A DNA stretch of 64,000 nt, from contig NW_027590593.1 of NCBI RefSeq assembly GCF_964213995.1, positions 1-64,000 on the forward strand. The letters are read 5' to 3'. Below the pieces are notes generated by a model, which saw only the letters and a list, made by a program, of their open reading frames with translations, ran no database searches and was not told the origin of the DNA. Of this stretch, positions 59,540-64,000 are shown piece after piece. This stretch comes from Mustelus asterias. Lineage: Eukaryota. Made by a program: the position numbers and the translations under genes. Positions within the stretch are counted from its first letter, which is position 1. Each line of letters opens with the position of its first letter.

Positions 59540-61925
59540 GACACATCTGTTATGGTGCAACAGGAGGCCATTTGGCCCATCATGACTACACTGGCTTTCA
59601 ATATGAGCAAGTCACCTGGATTCCTCCCACCCCCAACATTCTCCCCTGACCATGTACGTTCTTCCATTTTGGATATCAGTCTGAGTCACTTTCAAATGAT
59701 TTGATTGAACCTGTCTCCAACATACTCAGACCATGCATTGCAAGCCCTAACAACTCGCTGCCAAAGAAAGCTTCTCCTCATACAACCTTTGCTTGTTTTA
59801 CTATTTACATTCAATCTGTACCCTCTCATTCTCAATCCTTTCAGGAGTGGGAGCTGTTCATCCCTCTCCATGTTGCTCAGATTCCTCAATATTTTTAAGA
59901 CATCCATCAAATCTCTTCTCAACCTTCTCTTCTGTAAGGAAAACAACTTCTCCAATCTATCTTCATAATGAAGTTCCTCACCCCTGGACCCTTTCTGCAG
60001 GATCTTTCTGCACTCTGTCTCTGATGCCTTCATCTTCTTCCTGAAATGTGGATCCCAGAAATGGACACAGCGGAGGCTGAACTGGTGATCCTACAAATTG
60101 ACCATAAGCTCTGTGCTGCTGTACGCAACGCCTCTATTAATAAAGCCCAGGAAATGTTATTAACCTCTCCCTGAACACTGTGCCACAATATCTTCACCAG
60201 AATCTCATTTTCCTCAATGAATGCTCCTCTCAGCCATCATTTCTCATGGGAAGACAGTTCCAACTTCTCCAATTTCTTGATATAACTGTTGATCCTCACC
60301 CCTGGAACCAGTCTTGTGAATCCTTCCCGCAATCACTCCAATGTCGTCACATCCTTTCGAATGTAGGGTGCACTGAACTGGACCCTACATTCCTGCTGAG
60401 GCATAACAAGTGACTTGTGCAAATTGAACAAAGCTCCATTGTTCTTGTACTCTATGCCCCTATTAACAAAGCCCGAGATGCAGTATGCTTTATTCTCTCT
60501 TTCAACCTGCCCTGCCACCTTCAATGACTTACAGATACATCCATGGAGGTCCCTTTGCATCTGCACCCACGTTTGCATTGCATCCTGTATTTTATACTTT
60601 TCCTCCAAGTCCTTCCTACCAAAATGAAAGACTTAACATGCTTTTGCTTTGAACTTCATCTGTCAACTGTCTTCCCATTCTTCCAACGTGCCTACATCCT
60701 CGCAGTAATACACTAATCCCCTCACAGTTCACTTAGCTTACAATTTTCCTATCATCTGAAGTTTAGTGTCACAAGTAGGCTTACATTAACACTGCAATGA
60801 AGTTACTGTGAAAGTCCCCTTGTCGTCACACTCCGGTGCCTGTTCTGGTACACTGAGGGAGAAGTTAGCATGGCTAATGCACCTAACCACCATGTCTTTC
60901 AGACTGTGGGAGGAATCTGGAGCACCCGGAAGAAAACCACGCAGACACAGGGAGAACGTGCAGACTCCGCACAGACAGTCACCCAAGCCGAGAATTGAAC
61001 ACAGGTTCCTGGCACTGTGAGGCAGCAGTGCGAACCACTATGCCACCGTGTCGCTACATCTTGAAGTTGTGCCCCGTACACCCAGTGTTGGTCATTATTT
61101 CTACACATTATATATATTTCAAACAAACAATAACAAGGGTCCCATAGAAACATAGAAAATAGAAGCAGGAGCAGGCCTGTTGGCTCTTCGAGCCCACTCT
61201 GCCATTCATTATGATCATCAAATTCAATCTTGTGAACCCACCTTCTCCCCCATATCCCTTGATCTATTTAGCCCCAAGAGCTATATCTCTATCTTCTTAA
61301 AACCATACAATGTCTTGGCCTCAACTACTGCCTATGGTAGTGCATTCCACACCTTCGCCACTGTTCGGGTGAGGAAATTTCTCCTCTACTCAGTTCTAAA
61401 AGGCTTCCCCCTTAACCGTCCACTGTGATCACTAATTCTGGACACCTGCACCATTGGGTACATTCTCTCTGAATCTACCCTGTCTAATTCTGTGAAAATG
61501 TTATAAGCTTCTATGAGATCCCCTCTCACCCTTCTGAACTCTAGTGATATAATCCTAACTAACTTAATCACTCCTCATATGACAGACCTGCTATCACAGG
61601 AATCAGCCTGCTCAACCTGCGCTGCAGTCCCACTGCAGCAAAGAGCTTCCTCCGTCAGATAAGGACATCAAAACTGCACACAACATTTCAGGTATGGCCT
61701 CACCAACCTATACAATTGCAGTAAAACATCCCTATTCCTACACTCAAATCCTCTGACAATAAAAATAAATGTACAGAACAGGAACAGCTCCTACGGCACT
61801 CCAAGTCTGTGCCAATCATGATACTCTAATGAAGCTTAAAATAAACCTGCTGGACTTTAACCTGGTGTTGTGAGACTTCTTACTGTGACCACCTCAGTCC
61901 AACACCGGCATCTCCACACCATAGA
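59540..61925 (-). mobile_element. Degenerate CR1 3' fragments, an HE1-like SINE (60770-61052) and a Penelope terminus (61838-61920)
   Basis: RRLRRDL, GIEYK, LEFRRVRGDLIE remnants; SINE head in reverse complement. Confidence 0.8.
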
Positions 61926-64000
61926 AGATCATGGACAGTTGGTACATGGAAATCACACCACATGCAAGTTCAACTCCAATTCAAAGACCACTATGACTTG
62001 AAATTCTATCACCATTCCTTCATTGTCATTGGAGTAAAATATTCACTCTTCCCACCTATCTCGAACATGACTGTACCTTTCGCAGACAGCATGGTGCAAG
62101 GAGGTGGTTCTAAGATGACTAGTGCAGGACAAATTGCTCACCTTTCTCTGTTCAAAGAACAAATATAATCAGTCTGGTAAGTGATCGGTTTGTGAAATAC
62201 ATTTGATCTGCATCTGTTCATCACTGGTTCATAAGTCATTCTATACATGTGGTTGTGGGATGAATTTTCATCATTCTTTGAGTTCGTTTGTGAGGTTTTG
62301 TCTCCTTCAATATCGGCTACTTTCTTTTCTGTCATTTTCTGGTATGTGTACATGAGTACAATTCAATATTAGATTGTCGCTGGGATGACTGCAACTAAAG
62401 GATTCACGCTGTATGTTCTAGCTCATTGAGATGCACATGCATGAGATGTGTTCTGTATCTGTCACACTCATTTATGTTTTTGTGATTGTATGATTTATCT
62501 CTATCTGTCAGTTTGGTACTTTGTGCACATATAGGATTCACTCTGCAGCACTCAGTCTCCAATCACAATGAATGAGAGATCAAGTTTTTTTCAGTCTCTT
62601 ATCCTATGTGAATGTTGTTATCAATCTGTACCTTTCTGTAATTGTGATCTTCAGTCCTTGGGACACTGTTAGCGTGGCTCTCTATTTTTATCACTTCAAC
62701 TTAAGGGTGTGAGTGTCATCTATTGCAGCTGTGTTGTTATGGCCTTAATTCTGCAAATGTTAGGCCCTCCATTGGAATGGGAGTGTGGTTTATATTCACT
62801 ATCTTGTCCTGTACACCAGTATGGCCTATTTTCTCTTCCTGCCATTCTCTGTTAATAAATCTGAAAGCTGGTTTACTTCTGTACCTGTCAGTCCGTGTGC
62901 TGTATGTGAAAGGTCTGTACATTATGTATAGTTTTCTCTATGATACAGTGTCTGAGATTGAGATGAGTTAAGTACCTGTTAGCCCATGGAATCAAATACA
63001 ATGTTGTGATCTATTATGCGTTGAAGTCTCCAACATTACAGGTGAATGTTACATTGTGAAACTTTCAGTGCCTGGAGGTGAGTGTGAGTTTAGTTCTACA
63101 TTAGTTCCACATTCATCAGTCATTACCCAGGTGCATGTGTGCCTGATTCATATATGTCTCTGCTACTGTATATAAATATTATTTACATTCTGGATCTCTC
63201 AGACATGGTACTGTGTATGAAAGCAGGAATAATCCTACACGGTTACTTTGTATTTCTCTATTGTGTCCATTACAGATTCATTTGGCTTCAATATTTCCTG
63301 TGTAAATGAGAGCCTTTGCGTTTCATTTGTCCTTTCTTTCAGCTTTCTCTGAAGTGTAAAATAGTCTGTAATTTTATTTTCCCATTTATTATGGATCTAA
63401 TGATCTGGTAGTATCGCTGTGCTTTGTGAGTCACACCCTACCTGCTGTGTGTTGGAACCAGCTCCCTGCACTTGTCCTTCTTTCAAGGTAGCATCTGCCT
63501 CAGCAATCATTTGTCATTTTTTTCCTTCCAGAGCTCCTAACTCTGAAGAATAGGCAAGCTGGAAGGCAGAAAAGTGATCAAAGAATTAATCATAATAGTA
63601 AAACCAGTTACAAATCAGTATCTGAGCCCACCACAGTACTACAGCAATCAGTTCCTGCTTCATCTGACATTCTTTGATGGGTGGGACTGAGAATCAGTCT
63701 TTCCAGCATACTGCTGCTTCATATGGGCTATCCAGATCAGGCTGAGATTTCAGCAAGAGTCAGATTTAACTTTGCAGCTCTCTTTTAACTAACTGTGCAG
63801 TAGGAAACAAGTCATAGTCAGAAAGTTAGAGTTTTATAGAACAGCTCGATGCCCTTCGGCCCATCGTGTCTGCACCAGCCATCAGGCGCCTGCCTATTCT
63901 AATCCCATTTTACAGCCCCTGCTCCATTGCCTTGCTTAGAACATAGAACATAGAAAAAATACAGCACAAACAGGCCCTTCGGCCCACAAGTTGCGCTGGT

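Noticed and set aside
61960-63830. AT-rich stretch with short ORFs
   Set aside because: No recognisable protein motif, exon chain or repeat structure could be supported.

Overview
Repeat-dense vertebrate genomic DNA, most likely from a shark or other elasmobranch (HE1-like tRNA SINEs, many CR1 LINEs, Penelope remnants). Reading splice sites by eye on the minus strand reconstructs a complete 12-coding-exon tweety-family gene, most similar to TTYH1 (CDS 44900 to 12634, 1452 nt, 483 aa, all introns GT-AG and phase-consistent). A small replication-dependent histone cluster (H4 +, H2A -, H2B -), each gene with a 3' stem-loop, lies at 53.7-58.0 kb, with an orphan duplicated H2B 3' end. The left end holds a probable promoter and non-coding first exon of another minus-strand gene, with a 30-bp-phased CCAAT array. 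The rest is nested CR1 fragments (two near full length), SINEs, Penelope termini carrying minimal hammerhead-like motifs, 18/27/33/69/70/90-bp minisatellites, microsatellites and two N gaps. Most ORFs in the track are retroelement or repeat artefacts. Family assignments rest on recalled motifs, not on database searches.
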